Positions 25,040-37,463 are shown, counted from the first letter of the stretch. The stretch: 64,000 nucleotides of DNA from Selaginella moellendorffii (GCF_000143415.4 NW_003314327.1:25116-89115), one strand, 5' to 3'. Numbers and translations are program-made. The notes: a model not told the origin generated them from the sequence alone.

Positions 25040-26775
25040 ACTGACGAAAAGTTCCAGGATGGACATGTCAAGTCACTTGATGCAGCGTGCATGACAGACA
25101 GTTGAATATGGAACACTTCGGCTGAACAAGCTCCCAACAATGCTTTATACCCGAAGTCAATACCTTTCACAGGCGCTGGTTCCAACGATGTCATCGCGAA
25201 CAAGCTGACTAGCTCCAATAAGCTTGAACAAGTCACAGTGCCAGCCAGCTCTTGGTAAAGCAACTTGAGACTGCCGAAAGAATTCGACGATCACCACAGG
25301 CGATGCTTTGGATGATCATTCAACATCTTGTCATGATTTGGACAGCAATGGTTCGGATACACTTGAAAGGCTACCACCGGAGCCTTCAGCTGAAGACTTG
25401 ATCTAGACAATCCCGCATACGTGGCGGAAAACACTTTGACAGAATAAGTAAAGCATGCTTCCAACAATGCTTCAGGTTACAAGTCTGGTTCCATCAGCAA
25501 AAATAATGTAAGTCAAATGTACCAAGAAGAAAGAAACACAGAACAAACCTGCAGATAGTCTGCTCCAAAATTTTCGTAAGAATCCAGTGAAAAGGACTGT
25601 AGCAACGTTCCCTCCGATAGCAAGTTGTTGTCAAGGGAAACACGGTATACATATAGGTGTACACCGTGCTTCCCCAGAGGACCATAAGAGATGCAGATAT
25701 CCACCTCCTGACTCCTTGCGTTAAGTGCCCTGCAAAGAAATGAAAGTTCGTGCTCAAAAGCAGCGACGGGTTTTAGCATATCCAAGCTAGTAAGCCGCTT
25801 GCTGATGGAACTAAAGCCAGTAGTTACTCTCGACTGCTTCTCCAAATCGTTCGCTACGGGATCATTTTGATCAGCTTCCGGCAATTTGGTCCACGTATTC
25901 GTAGTAGATACTTCTTGTAGCTGCAAGCGGAGTTTGGAATTCAACTCACTCCAGACGGCGACAGCCTTCAACTTTTGCTGTTCATAGCCCCGAGCTTCCC
26001 AGTCAGTTGAACATAGTGCGGGTGGTTTCTCTTGCTGAACGTGATCTGAAGGCTGAACTTTTTGCGACTGCCTCAATGAGATGCCGTCGGTCGCTGCTGG
26101 AGATGAAGGTAGATCTCCCTCCTGCAAGATATAACCGCAAGACTTTCTGGAGCATTTTAAAGCTAGCCATCGTTCCTCAAGGACCTCACCTTGTTCTTGG
26201 ATGTGACACGGATGGCTACTTTGCAATCTGGTATTCTATCTTCGGTTTGCAGTCGTCCAAGAAACCCACTCTCTTTTTACATCTTACTGGAATATCTCCA
26301 AAACAGCTACTTTCTTCATGCCACATTTCAAGATATACCTTTTCAAACATTCACATCGTAGACCTTTCTTTGGTGGATGATTTCAGAGATCGAGACTGCT
26401 GTGTCTGTCTTCTGACCAATGTCAAAGGATGCGAAACATCAGAACCACTGGAGAATGGCCCTGCTAGAGAATAATGCCTCGTAACATGTATGAAAATCTA
26501 CTGAACGTTTTTTGTTCATAACATTCGATTGCAGAACATCCTCAGCAGCCGTCATGGGACGTTATGGGGTTGCTGGCACTGACGAGAGGCAAGTTTTTCT
26601 TTGGGAATTTCCACCGGAAAAAGAGTGGTTGAAATGTTTGAACAAGGTATGAGATTCTTGTTTTCCGAATATGCAAGTGCAATATAGAATCGAAAATTGT
26701 ACAAGTAAAAACTACAATGTTTTCGCGTTTGCTGGCAACTGTTGGAGAGGATGGGCGTGTTGTTCTGTATGTGTA
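25040..26775 (+). pseudogene. Deleted and internally inverted copy of the FYR/WD40 gene (copy A)
   Basis: Direct nucleotide match to parts of 37464-39410, introns included, with frameshifts, deletions and an inversion at 25497-25918. Confidence 0.88.
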
Positions 26776-26809
26776 GGAGGTATGGCAATAAAAGTTTGTA
26801 ACTCGAGCT

Positions 26810-27215
26810 TCACTTTCCCTTAACATTCAGTTCTGAATCTGAAAGGGGCGCTTCAGCAGCTCCAGACTCGATGATCTCCGCACAGGTACAAACCTGCATC
26901 AACTTTTGGTGCTTTCGAGAGGTTGGTCGGTGGAGTCTGATCTGGTTGAGCAAACAAGATCCTGTATATCTTCAAGTGCTGCCACTTCACTACTGTTTCC
27001 CGCCCAAACCATTCCTCAAGCTCGGACCTCCATTCTCAGTTTTGGTCGACCGTCTGGACTGCTCGCAAGGAACTCGAGGATGGCTTAAGACGAGAGTCAA
27101 CTGCTACTTGGTTGTGGTGGTGTTGTTGCTTTACCTGGACGCGGCAATTCGGATACAGTGGGGATTCCCATCGACTAGGTGGCAAGGCTACCATGGCCAC
27201 AGGGAATGTGGTCGC
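26810..27215 (-). pseudogene. Collapsed copy of the FAD amine-oxidase gene (5' and 3' ends joined, about 1 kb deleted)
   Basis: Matches 49406-49660 joined to 50735-50932. Confidence 0.88.
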
Positions 27216-27294
27216 CATACTCTCTATAGCCACTTCGTTTTGTTTTAAGAGGTTCCTTGGATTGCAGGACGAGATCCAACGGGGGTGTTTTGAG

Positions 27295-28115
27295 TAGTGA
27301 GCAGCACGCGTGCAGGAGCAAGGTGAGTGGAATTTTTAGTGCCATCCGCACATTATTTTGGTTTTCCTGGCAGTTCAAGCTCGCCGTTTGCCAGCTCTCG
27401 ATTTGCGCAGACAAGGAACAGAACATCAGGCATGCTCGTGAAGCTATCCAGACGGCTGCTGATGGCGGCAGTAAACTGGTCCTTCTTCCAGTTAAGTTTT
27501 GTAGTTGTCTGTTCAGTTATAAGGAGAATGTGTTGCAGGAAATGTGGAATTGTCCATACTCAAACACGAGCTTTCCAATCTACGCGGAGGATATTGACGC
27601 AGGTGATTCTCCCTCTTCCAATATGCTTTCGGATATGGCAGGTTACCATCATCGGTGGCTCCTACTGGAACGAAATGGCGATCATCTCTACAATACTTGC
27701 TGCATCTACGGAAAAGATGGCTCTCTAAAAGGAAAACATCGGAAGGTTTGCTTTTATGACGCGTCGTCTACGGTTTTTTCTCAGCCCTCTTTCACACCAG
27801 GTTCAATTTTTTAACATTGATATACCAGGAAAGATACAGAAGTATACTGTTGTTGATATGGGTAAGGTCCTGCAGGCATTACGACAAGCAAAATAACTCA
27901 CATTGCTCACTGATGCAGATGTTGGACAAATCGGTGTTGGTATTTGCTAGATGGCAATGACTTACGCAGCACGAGGTACGGAGAAGGCTAGCCGTACATA
28001 TTATCTGCTATCCAGGAGCTTTCAACATATCTACGGGACCAGTGCATTGGGAATTCCTCCAGAAAGCCAGGTAACTCTTTGTTTCTTTCTTGTTGGCCGC
28101 AGCATTTACTGGCAA
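27295..28115 (+). pseudogene. Deleted copy of the omega-amidase gene (copy A)
   Basis: [31 protein letters not shown] and KHRK, with introns. Matches 51240-52092. The GICYD region is deleted. Confidence 0.88.
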
Positions 28116-28134
28116 GGGGTTTTTTGTGTTTTTG

Positions 28135-29065
28135 AAGGCAAGAGCTCAGGGTGAGGAGCCACTGCCAGGCGCTCCAAGCTCTTGACTCCGGACAGCACGA
28201 AACAAATGAAGCACGGAGACAGGAAAGCTAGGTAGAAAACGGGAAAGATGGCGGAGTAGACACCAGGCACACGACAAACAAGGAACAAAACGCCAAGAAT
28301 CACGGCAAAACCAGCACCAGAAGGCCGCCCTGGTGCCTGCACAGTGTGAAGAGGAACCTCCACCACCAGCATGGAACGCTGTTGGACGACGAAGTGACAT
28401 CGGCAGGATCCACAACCAACGAAGAGGAGACCAGAGGAGCGGCGATGCTGGAGGATACCAGAGATGAGAACACCGAATTGATGTCGACTTTGGTGGAGAT
28501 GAGCAACCGGGAACTCAGGGTGCTGCAGTGCTCGGCTATCAGTGTTCTTCATGATGACGTCAAGGTTTGCTCTCGCAAGAAGCCTAGATTTGTTTGACCT
28601 GTTAAGAAAATGTGTGTGCTCCAGGGATTGCAAGGCTGCTTGGAAGGCAGAAAAGCGGGCTATTCTCTTCAAATATTTTGTCGTTGCTGGTTGGCTCGTA
28701 TCCGGGGCATTTGGTTTGCGTACTGTTGTCGACATGCTCAAGAGGACGCCACAACTGACCACATTGTGGATGCTGCGATCAAGGATACTGTCAACTTGAA
28801 GCAACTCTTCCAAGTAAGTGCGCTTCATCTTTCGGTTTTGGTTTGTTTGTTGCCAGTGCTGGCTGACTTGATGATTGTAATGCAAGATCCGTGTGTAGGT
28901 CGCGCTGTTCTAGGCGTCCAGTCGGAGCCAAGCTACAGGCCTTTGATTGGAGACGTGGTGAACTCTCTGATCCCGCTGGTCCCTTGTGAACGCTCTGATC
29001 GCGCTGGTGGTGCTTTGAGGGCAATTGATCCGGCAGGAACCACTGCAGCACAACAGAGCGTGTAA
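28135..29065 (+). pseudogene. Chimeric gene-X / RLK-3' fragment (junction about 28747)
   Basis: Matches 53680-54443, then switches to RLK sequence 22486-22832. Confidence 0.85.
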
Positions 29066-29212
29066 AACACAGGATGCATGCGTACAATTTTGTAGAGACA
29101 GATTCAAATAACGAATATCCTGAAATAAATTCTCTTTCACAAGATGGTCACCATCGATCAAACGCGATTCCAGCCGTTGATTTGTACCCGTTAGCGAGAA
29201 GCCTGGCGAGTG

Positions 29213-29912
29213 ATGGCGTGTGAGTTTGGGGAGGATGACTGTGGTGAGCTCCTCAAGCTGTACAGGCGGGGTGAGAAGCTGGGATCTGGCGGCAAGGGGC
29301 AGGTCTATTTGTTGAGTGCTTGTTGCAGGGCTGGCAAGAAGTATGCAGGGAAATCAGTTAAATTGATGTGGAATGCCAAGAATGAAGCTCGGCTCATGAG
29401 CTTGAGTTGACCGAGGTGATCAAAAAAGAGTTTAAAGAGAAACAAAGAAGAGAGAAGAGATTTCTTCTTCCTTTGCGCATTGCATTGTTCAAGTGTTGCA
29501 GCAAGTTGGACCACAAGTTTATGAGGTTCAGCATAACATCCAGCAAGCCAATCCTCTAGAGATTGTGCATGTGCTGTCCAAACTTTGTGTTTGCCCTAGA
29601 GTCGTCACTTTTGAGGATTTTGTGAGGGAGAGAGAGGCTAGGAGGTGCTATGGGACAATCATGATGGAGTTTTGCAGCCCTAGCTTGGCAGAGCAATTGA
29701 TCCAGAGTGGGGTAGTAATTGAGAAAGAAGCAGCCAAGATTATTAAGTCACTAGCAGAGACACTCTAGTGGATGCACTCGAGAGGGGTAGTCCACCGTGA
29801 TCTTAAGCCTCATAATATCTTTGAAAGGCTCAATACCATTGCAGTGGATGAAGTGGTGATTGGAGATTTTGGCACGGCCATGGACAAGCAGTGGAATATG
29901 CAGCAGTACTGT
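29213..29912 (+). pseudogene. Ser/Thr kinase pseudogene, interrupted and truncated
   Basis: Paralog of 23029-23964 with a 178-nt insertion (29399-29576) and an in-frame TAG near 29767. Truncated after QQYC by an LTR. Confidence 0.9.
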
Positions 29913-30085
29913 TGTAACGCATGTGATTATGGGATGAGATTTGGATATACTGCCATTGTGAATCTTTGGAACTTTGGGGGATAAATGGGGATAAAATAAT
30001 TACTAAGAGCTCTTTCATCAAGCAATTACCCCTTTTCCAGTTGGTTTAAGGTGAGAGATAGAGTGCATTACATGTGGTATCAGAG
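29913..30085 (+). mobile_element. Short 160-bp LTR followed by tRNA-iMet PBS (truncated TRIM/LTR element)
   Basis: TGTAACGCA...TGCATTACA inverted termini (29913-30072), then TGGTATCAGAG at 30075-30085. Starts exactly where kinase homology stops. Confidence 0.75.
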
Positions 30086-32239
30086 AAAATGGCATGGGTT
30101 CAATTTCCATTGATTAGTGGCTACTTAAAAATATAATATACCCTTGAGCAAGGTATATTCCTACCCCTAAATTTGAACGTATATGTGATGAAAGTATCCA
30201 CTGTAGTTGCCTCACATGGAATAATTAATCTACACAATAGAAGTCCTCCAAGCAACTTCATAAACACATTGCTCACTATCACATGGATATGATATATATT
30301 CATAATGACTTGATCATCAATCAAGCAACATCATGAGCAACACCCATGTCATTACTTCAAAGAATTGAGCATTGCAACCCAAGTCCTCCAATAACAAACT
30401 TAGACAAAATGAAAGATCATCATCTCCAAAATGCATCAAGGTAGGGACTCTTGATTGTATAATGTGAACACGAGCAATGAGTTACACCTTGTTGCAAATC
30501 ATCTCTCCAAGAAGAGAAAATGATTTATGTGTTTGATCCTTCGTCCTCGACAACTCTCTTTTCGGTCTCATCTTTTGACCAAACCTCAATCTTGCTTTCG
30601 CACTATCTTTAGTCCAATCTAAGAAAAGTTTATGAGAAAGCATGGCAATGACTACTTGAACTAATAGACTAATCGCTACAATCTTGATTGATCCACTTAT
30701 AATCATGCCTAGGAAGGATCCACTACTATAGTGCTAAATAGCGACGGACCAGTCTATTTGCCACTCATAGCAAACCCAGGGAAGGTTTGCTTTAACTTAT
30801 GGTACATGGAACAACTCATGGAACCACTAGAACAACACCGATAAGCTAACATTAATCCTGCCAACTCAAAGTGTAACTTTGAGTTGCTAATGTGCTTCAC
30901 TCACAAGCCCAAGCTCAAACTCGTGCAACTGGAATATCTCAAATCCATCTTATGAGCCCAAAAGCAAGCTCAGATAATAAGGTACAACAAGGTAACCAAA
31001 TCCCTACCCAAGGAACGATTGTGAAGCCTTTGCACCCAACATGTACCCACTCGGATCATTGTTTTCATCTTTGCATATACAATGAGACTAGTTGCTTAAT
31101 CTCATTGTATAGTTCTCTTTATCCTATGGTGATTTACCATAGGATAACACCACGAAGTGGAACTTAAACCCTTTTTATGCCATGTGACACATGCCACATG
31201 TCATATGTCACGTGTCCAAAGGACAGTGGTGCGGAACCCAAGGTTTAGGGCCTTGGGCCACTGAACGAAGGAACAATGCCAAACTCCCAAGCATGGAGCC
31301 AAAGAGTGACGGAACTGGACCACGGAGCAACTCCCGAGCATATAGCCCAAAGAGTGAAGGGACAGGAGCCTGGAGCAAGTTGGAACAGTCCTAGAGTAAC
31401 CAGCTTCCCAATGCCAAGACCAGCATGCAAAACGGAGCCAAACGGAGTTTGGCGTTATTTCGGCATACCAATAGTCTAACACAAGGATATGGGTACTCCA
31501 CCAGCTAGCATGGAATGAAACTTAGGCTTAGACCTAAGCTAGATGTAGAACAAGGATAGACATGCAAGTGGGAGTTAGACTATGCCTCAAGTTGGTCGGC
31601 TATGCCCGACCTACCCACTATCCCTCCACCCCCCTTAAGGAACACATGCTTTGGGCTTTCACCCCAAGCCTCCCTTAGTATCAGGAGTTAGTCTCTGGGA
31701 CAAGCTCAAAACTTACTATGGAATGGCGCCAGATTGCAAATTTGGACACGGGATGAATACTATTGTGTTCAAGAAAATCTTTACATTCCATAGATATGCC
31801 AAATAAGCAAATCTGGATGCTTTCCATAAATAGCATTTAGGACCGGAATAAGACTAACACAAAGGGCATGATAGCGAGGGTGTTTGGCAGACACGGTAAG
31901 CTATCATCCAATGTTATTGAGGGACTAGTCTCAATATGCAAAGGTTTTTGTCAAGCTAGTGCAAGACAGAGCAAAAAAGAACTAACAAGCCGGGCCGAGT
32001 ATGCTCAGCTAAATAGACATTTAGGAATTCCTTCCTTATGCTTATCCGGCCAAGTACAGATGCTAAGTCCAATTTACTAACACTTGAACAAGAGGGGCCA
32101 ATAAAAGGAACCAGCAATACCGACCTCCTGCCATCGTGGCAGTAAGGAAAGAGTGTCCGTAAAGACTAGCCGACAGGTAACTTTCGATACCCAAAGTCAC
32201 ATTCGCGACACTTTGTGACATAGATATTCATGAAAGTGT

Positions 32240-32973
32240 TGACATTGTTAATATTGAACACCCAAAAAATTTCCTAATTGAATTCCTAAATTCCAATACT
32301 CCTTTTAGTCTTCCACCAAATAAACTCTTGCTTAAAGAAGATGTTATCCTTATTCTATTAAAGAATATATGTTCATTAGCTAGACTATGTAATAATACAT
32401 ACCTCATCCTTAAACATGCCTTACTAACAGTTCTACAATATGAAATTATATTAAGCCAATTCAAAAGTCCATAAGCTTTCATCCCTCAAATCACACTCAC
32501 CTTCATACATAGAAATTTCATTTAAAATGTCCAAAAGACAATTTCCAATGCATTTGGGGTATTGCCTTACAATCTCTAAATGTCAAAGCTAGATATTTAA
32601 CCGAGTCAAAATACACTTGCCACATTCAGTTTTCACCCATGGCCAACTTTATGTGGTTTTATCAAAATGCAAATCACTAGTAGAACTCAACATTAAAGTA
32701 CATAACACATCACTTAAAGGACATTTATTCCCTTTGAGTCTTTCTACTTTCACCATCAACATAGTATATAAGGATGTTTTATATTAAATATTTTTACCTC
32801 CCTGAATTTTTTGTTGAGTTTGATTTTTGTTCCATGCATTGTTTGTAGCACTGAAAGAAATTCTAAAATATTTTAATTCCAGTTCTAAAAATGGTCTTGA
32901 GAAGCTTCTATTATAACTATATCATTCATAATAGTATTTGCTAATAGAACAACATATGTTGGGCAAGTGCTAG
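32240..32973 (+). mobile_element. Helitron 3' remnant (PIF1 helicase C-terminus plus 3' terminus)
   Basis: Decayed LPPNKLLLK...LCNNT, KRQFPMHLGYCLTISKCQ, VFTHGQLYVVLSK, NIVYKDVL. Palindrome CAACATATGTTG (32950-32961), then CTAG (32970-32973) followed by T. Confidence 0.82.
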
Positions 32974-33189
32974 TTATATAATTGTTTATAGGTACTACAT
33001 AAAGTATAGTTGTAATAATTACATGATTTAATATATAGTTATAATGATGAAATATTTTTAAATATTAATTTATTATAAAAGAATATCCATAGCATATTTG
33101 AAAAACTGTACTAAAAATTCAAAATATTCTTTAAGAGGTAATATATATTGTAACAGAATATTCTTTAGCTGACTCCCCGTTGACTTCCA

Positions 33190-33640
33190 AGATGACTCCA
33201 TGAATTGACTGCAAAAGCTCTCCATGGAAGTGATTGCCTAAACCATCCAACACTTGCAGCAAGACTCCTTCAAAATGGTAAAATTCCTAACCAATGGAAG
33301 TTGGCAAGAGATGCAGGAAACTTATCAAATCAATGATCTTTTTAATGCTGGTATGTCAATGTTGGCGTCGTGGAGAGTTGTTCCCCAGCTTCAGCTGCTC
33401 CCACTTTGTGCAGTTCTCAAGCAGGGGCCATGAAATTTGTCCAATCAGCTTGTTTCTTTCCATTCCTAGGGTTTGAAGGTTGCACAACGCTCCCATGGAA
33501 TTTCTACTGTCAAGTTGTGCTTTGACAGGTCAACTAGCTCAAAAGAAGTGCAGCTTGCCAGTTCAGTTGGGATTCCCTACTGGAGTGAATTATCTGAAGT
33601 ATCCAGTTTTTGGAGGCTAGGATTTGGCTCGAGCAGACGA
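33190..33640 (-). pseudogene. Extracellular LRR (RLK/RLP-type) pseudogene fragment
   Basis: Manual translation gives LQKLDTSDNSLQ*GIPTELASCTSFELVDLSKHNLTVEIP...NLQTLGMERNKLIGQI, with a stop and frameshifts. Confidence 0.7.
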
Positions 33641-34095
33641 GGAGTACCTGCTGGCCAGAAAGATCTCTTTCACTATTCTCTTGGATTCATCATGTTTGTA
33701 TTTATGCTCTTTCTGGAGACGCTAAAGCTTCTGGGGCACGGTTGGCAAGGTGATCGATGAGACACCAGGCAGGCCGAAGCTCCTATCCAAATCTCTCACT
33801 CAAGGAGATTGAGATTGGTTTGCAAAATGAGAAAATTGCAATTTCAGATTATAATGTTCATGGATGAAATCTTCTTTCTTTGAAAGTTGTTGACAATTCT
33901 TTGGTGGAAGACTGTTTTTTAAAATGTATTCCACCTTAAACCTCTTCAACTTTATCAACCCTCTTGCTTCTTTTCTTCTTCTTCTATTCTTTGTATGTTG
34001 TTCACATATGTCTCCAAGATCATTGTTCTCAACCCCATCAGCAATATCAATTTTTGGAAAAATCAAACCAAAAATATAAGTTAACGCTTTCATAA

Positions 34096-35028
34096 CTATC
34101 CCGCGAGAATCTTTTTCACAATCAAGTCCTTACCGATGCCAGAAAACTTTCTCTTTACTCCACAATGCCTCCTCCTGTATGGCATCGCTGTTAAGATTTC
34201 CCCACTACCACAATGCTTGACGATCCAGGGATGTGCAAGCACGGCATCTAAAGTCACCCTCTTGCTCTGCTCCACAGCTAGCATTCCCTGGATGAGATCC
34301 TCTGCTTCACACGATGCCAAATCACTTGGGAATGCTCTGGCTCTCAGAAAATCAAATTCAACTCTTGATCGATACCCACTCAGCAGCTCGTATGCAATGA
34401 CTCCCAGCCCCCACACGTCCACGGCCGCTGTGTAACTCGCCCGTGGTCCTCGGGCTCCATCACTCTTCACTGCTACCACCTCGGGTGCCATGTACTTTGC
34501 TGTTCCACAATACTGCTGCATATCCCACTGCTTGTCTGTGGCCATGCCAAAATCTCCAATCACCACTTCGTCCACTGCACTGGTGTTGAGCCTCTGAAAG
34601 ATGTTATGAGGCTTGAGATCGCGGTGGACAACCCCTCTCAAGTGCATCCACTTAAGTGTCTCTGCCAGCGTTTTAATAGTCTTGGCTGCTTCTTCCTCAG
34701 TCACTGCCCCGCCCTGGATCAATCGCTCTGCCAAGCTAGGGCCGCAAAGTTCCATAACAATAGTCCCATAGCACCTCCCAGCTTCTCTCTCCCTCACGAA
34801 ATCCTCAAAGGCGACGACTCCAGGGCAGACACGAAGCTTGGACATGAGCCGAGCTTCATTCTCGGCATTCCGCATCGATTTGACTGATTTCCCCGCATAC
34901 TTCTTGCCAGCCCTGCGACGAGCACTCAACAAATAGACCTGCCCTTCACCGCCAGATCCCAGCTTCTTACCCCGCCTGTACAGCTTGAGGAGCTCACCAC
35001 AGTCGTCCTCCCCAAACTCGCACGCCAT
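34096..35028 (-). CDS. Intronless Ser/Thr kinase, intact copy 2 (inverted block copy C)
   Basis: 310-aa ORF with all catalytic motifs. Close paralog of 23029-23964. Confidence 0.88.
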   Translation of the reverse strand: MACEFGEDDCGELLKLYRRGKKLGSGGEGQVYLLSARRRAGKKYAGKSVKSMRNAENEARLMSKLRVCPGVVAFEDFVREREAGRCYGTIVMELCGPSLAERLIQGGAVTEEEAAKTIKTLAETLKWMHLRGVVHRDLKPHNIFQRLNTSAVDEVVIGDFGMATDKQWDMQQYCGTAKYMAPEVVAVKSDGARGPRASYTAAVDVWGLGVIAYELLSGYRSRVEFDFLRARAFPSDLASCEAEDLIQGMLAVEQSKRVTLDAVLAHPWIVKHCGSGEILTAMPYRRRHCGVKRKFSGIGKDLIVKKILAG

Positions 35029-35199
35029 CGCTCGCGAATTTTTTGACCTAGCTTCTCGCTAACGGGTACAAATCGACGGCTGGAACCGCGTTTGATCGAT
35101 GGTGACGATCTTGTAAAGACGGAAGCCCTACCCTGAATTTATTTCAGGATATTCGTTATTTGAATCTGTCTCTACAAAATTGTACGCATGCATCCTGTG

Positions 35200-36275
35200 T
35201 TTCACACGCTCTGTTGTGCCGCAGTGGCTCCTGCCGGATCAATCGCCCTCAAAGCACCACCAGCGCGATCAGAGCGTTCACAAGGGACCAGCGGGACCAG
35301 AGAGTTCACCACGTCTCCAATCAAAGGCCTGTAGCTTGGCTCCATAGAACAGCAGCAGCAGCGACCTACACACGGATCTTGCATTAGAATCATCAAGTCA
35401 GCCAGCACTGGCAACAAACAAACCAAAACCGAAAGAAGAAGAAGAGGAAGGGCACTTACTTGGAAGAGTTGCTTCAAGTTGACAGTATCCTTGAACGCAG
35501 CATCCACAACGAGGGTAAAACTGGTGCGATCACTCAGCTCCGGCGTCCTCTTCAGCATGTAGATGACGATACGCAAACAAAATACGAGCCCAGCAGCAAC
35601 GACAAAATATTTGAAGAGCGTCCACCACGAATAGCCCGCTTTTCTGCCTTCCAAGCAGCCTTGCAATCCCTGGAGCACACACATTCTCACGTTTAACATG
35701 TCAAAGAAATCAAAGCTTCTTGGAAGAGCAAACCTTGACACCGTCACAAAGAACACCGATGATAACCGCAGCCGAGCACTGCAACACCGTGAGTTCCCGG
35801 TTGTTCAGCTCCGTCAATTCGGCGTTCTCATCTCTGGTATCCACCAGCATCGCCACTCCTCTGGTCTCCTCTTCGTTGGTTGTGGGTCCTGCCAATGTCA
35901 CTTCGTCATCGGACAGCGTTCCATGCTGGTGGTGGAGGTTGCTCTTGACGCTGTGCAGGCACCAGGGCGGCCTTCTGGTGCTGCTAGTGGTGCTGGTTTT
36001 GCTGTGATTCTTGGCGTTTTGTTCCTTGTTTGTCATCTCTGCGCCTCTGCCTGGTGTCTCCTCCGCCATCTTTCCCGTTTTCTGCTGCAGCGGGGCCCGC
36101 TGTTCCAAACTCGAGGCCTTGCGAATTCCTTTGCCACCTTTTCCTTCAAACTAACGGAAGGAAATCCCCACCTAGCTTTCCTGTCTCCGTGCTTCACTTG
36201 TTTCGTGCCGTCCGGAGTCAAGAGCTTGGAGCGCCCGGCAGTGGCTCCTCACACTGAGCTCTTGCCTTCGTCGTG
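35200..36275 (-). pseudogene. Chimeric gene-X / RLK-3' fragment, in-frame junction about 35545
   Basis: ORF 35202-35756 reads the gene-X exon ([10 protein letters not shown]...MLKRT) directly into RLK sequence (PELSDRT...[10 protein letters not shown]). Confidence 0.85.
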
Positions 36276-36289
36276 AAAAACACATGCCA

Positions 36290-36993
36290 GTAAATTCCGC
36301 GCCCAACAAGAAAGACACAAAGAGTTACCTGGCTTTCTGGAGGAGTTCCCAATGCACTGGTCCCGTAGTCATGTTGAAAGCTCCCGGATAGCAGATCATA
36401 TATACGCCTGGCACCAACATAGATTTTAATACTCAGCAGCTACATGGCTAGCCTTCTTCCTACCTCGTGCTGCGTAAGTCATTGCCATCTAGCAAATACC
36501 AACACCGATTCGTCCAACATCTGCGTCAGTGAGCAATGTGAGTTATTTTGCTTGTCGTAATGCCTGCAGGACCTTACCCGAATCAACAACAGTATACTTC
36601 TGTATCTTTCCTGGTATATCGATGTCAAAAAAGTGAACCTGGTGTGAAACAGGGCTGAGAAAAAACCGTAGACGACGCGTCAGAAAACCAAACCTTCCGA
36701 TGTTTACCTTTTAGAAACAGCAAATATTGTAGAGATGATCGCCACGTCGTTCCGGTATGGAGCCACCGATGATGGTAACCTCCTTACTCTTTGGCATGTC
36801 CGAAAGCATTTTGGAAGAGGGAGAATCGCCTGCGTAGATTGGAAAGCTCGCTTTTGAGTATTCCTGGAACACATTCTCCTTATGACTGAACACTACAAAA
36901 CTTAACTGGACAAAGGATGAGCTTGCTGCCGCCATCAGCAGCCGTCTGGATAGCTTCACGAGCATGCCTGATGTTCTGTTCCTTGTCTGCGCA
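36290..36993 (-). pseudogene. Deleted omega-amidase copy (copy C)
   Basis: Reverse-complement match to 51280-52092 with deletions. Confidence 0.88.
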
Positions 36994-36994
36994 A

Positions 36995-37430
36995 ACCAAT
37001 AGGCCTGCTCGCAGCACTGTCTGCCTCTATTTTTCTGCTGATAGATCCCCAATCAAGAACACTGGCAAAAGTCATCAACAATATGTGCTTTCCCAGCACC
37101 GTCTGCTCTTCGTATGCCCCTGTTGGAAAAGATCTCGTCTCCGTAACATTGATCGGAAGATATTCCGCCAGTTCAGATGCCGAGCGTGAGGAATGGACTG
37201 GGCGGGAAACAGTAGCGAAGTGGCAGCACTTGAAGACATACAGGATCTTGTTTGCTCAACCCGATCAGACTCCGCCGACCAACCTCTCGAAAGAACCAAA
37301 AGTTGATGCAGGTTTGTACCTGTGCGGAGATCATCGAGTCTCAGCAACTTTCGACGGAGCACTTCTGTCAGGGAGACGAGCTGCTGAAGCGCTCCTTTCA
37401 GATTCCGAACTGAAAGTTAAGGGAAAGTGA
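36995..37430 (+). pseudogene. 3' fragment of the FAD amine-oxidase gene (copy C)
   Basis: RSTVCLYFSADR...GLYLCGDHRVSATFDGALLSGRRAAEALL. The 5' two-thirds is absent. Confidence 0.88.
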
Positions 37431-37463
37431 AGCTCGAGTTACAAACTTATATTGCCATACCTC

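Noticed and set aside
24290-29065. Pack-MULE or Helitron capture as the source of the gene-fragment mosaics
   Set aside because: No TIRs or Helitron ends bracket them, and the fragments keep the order, orientation and spacers of the neighbouring donor genes. Segmental duplication plus deletion explains them.
30721-30765. CACTA transposon terminus (CACTACTA...TAGCGACGG)
   Set aside because: It resembles a CACTA end, but I found no matching opposite terminus or transposase.
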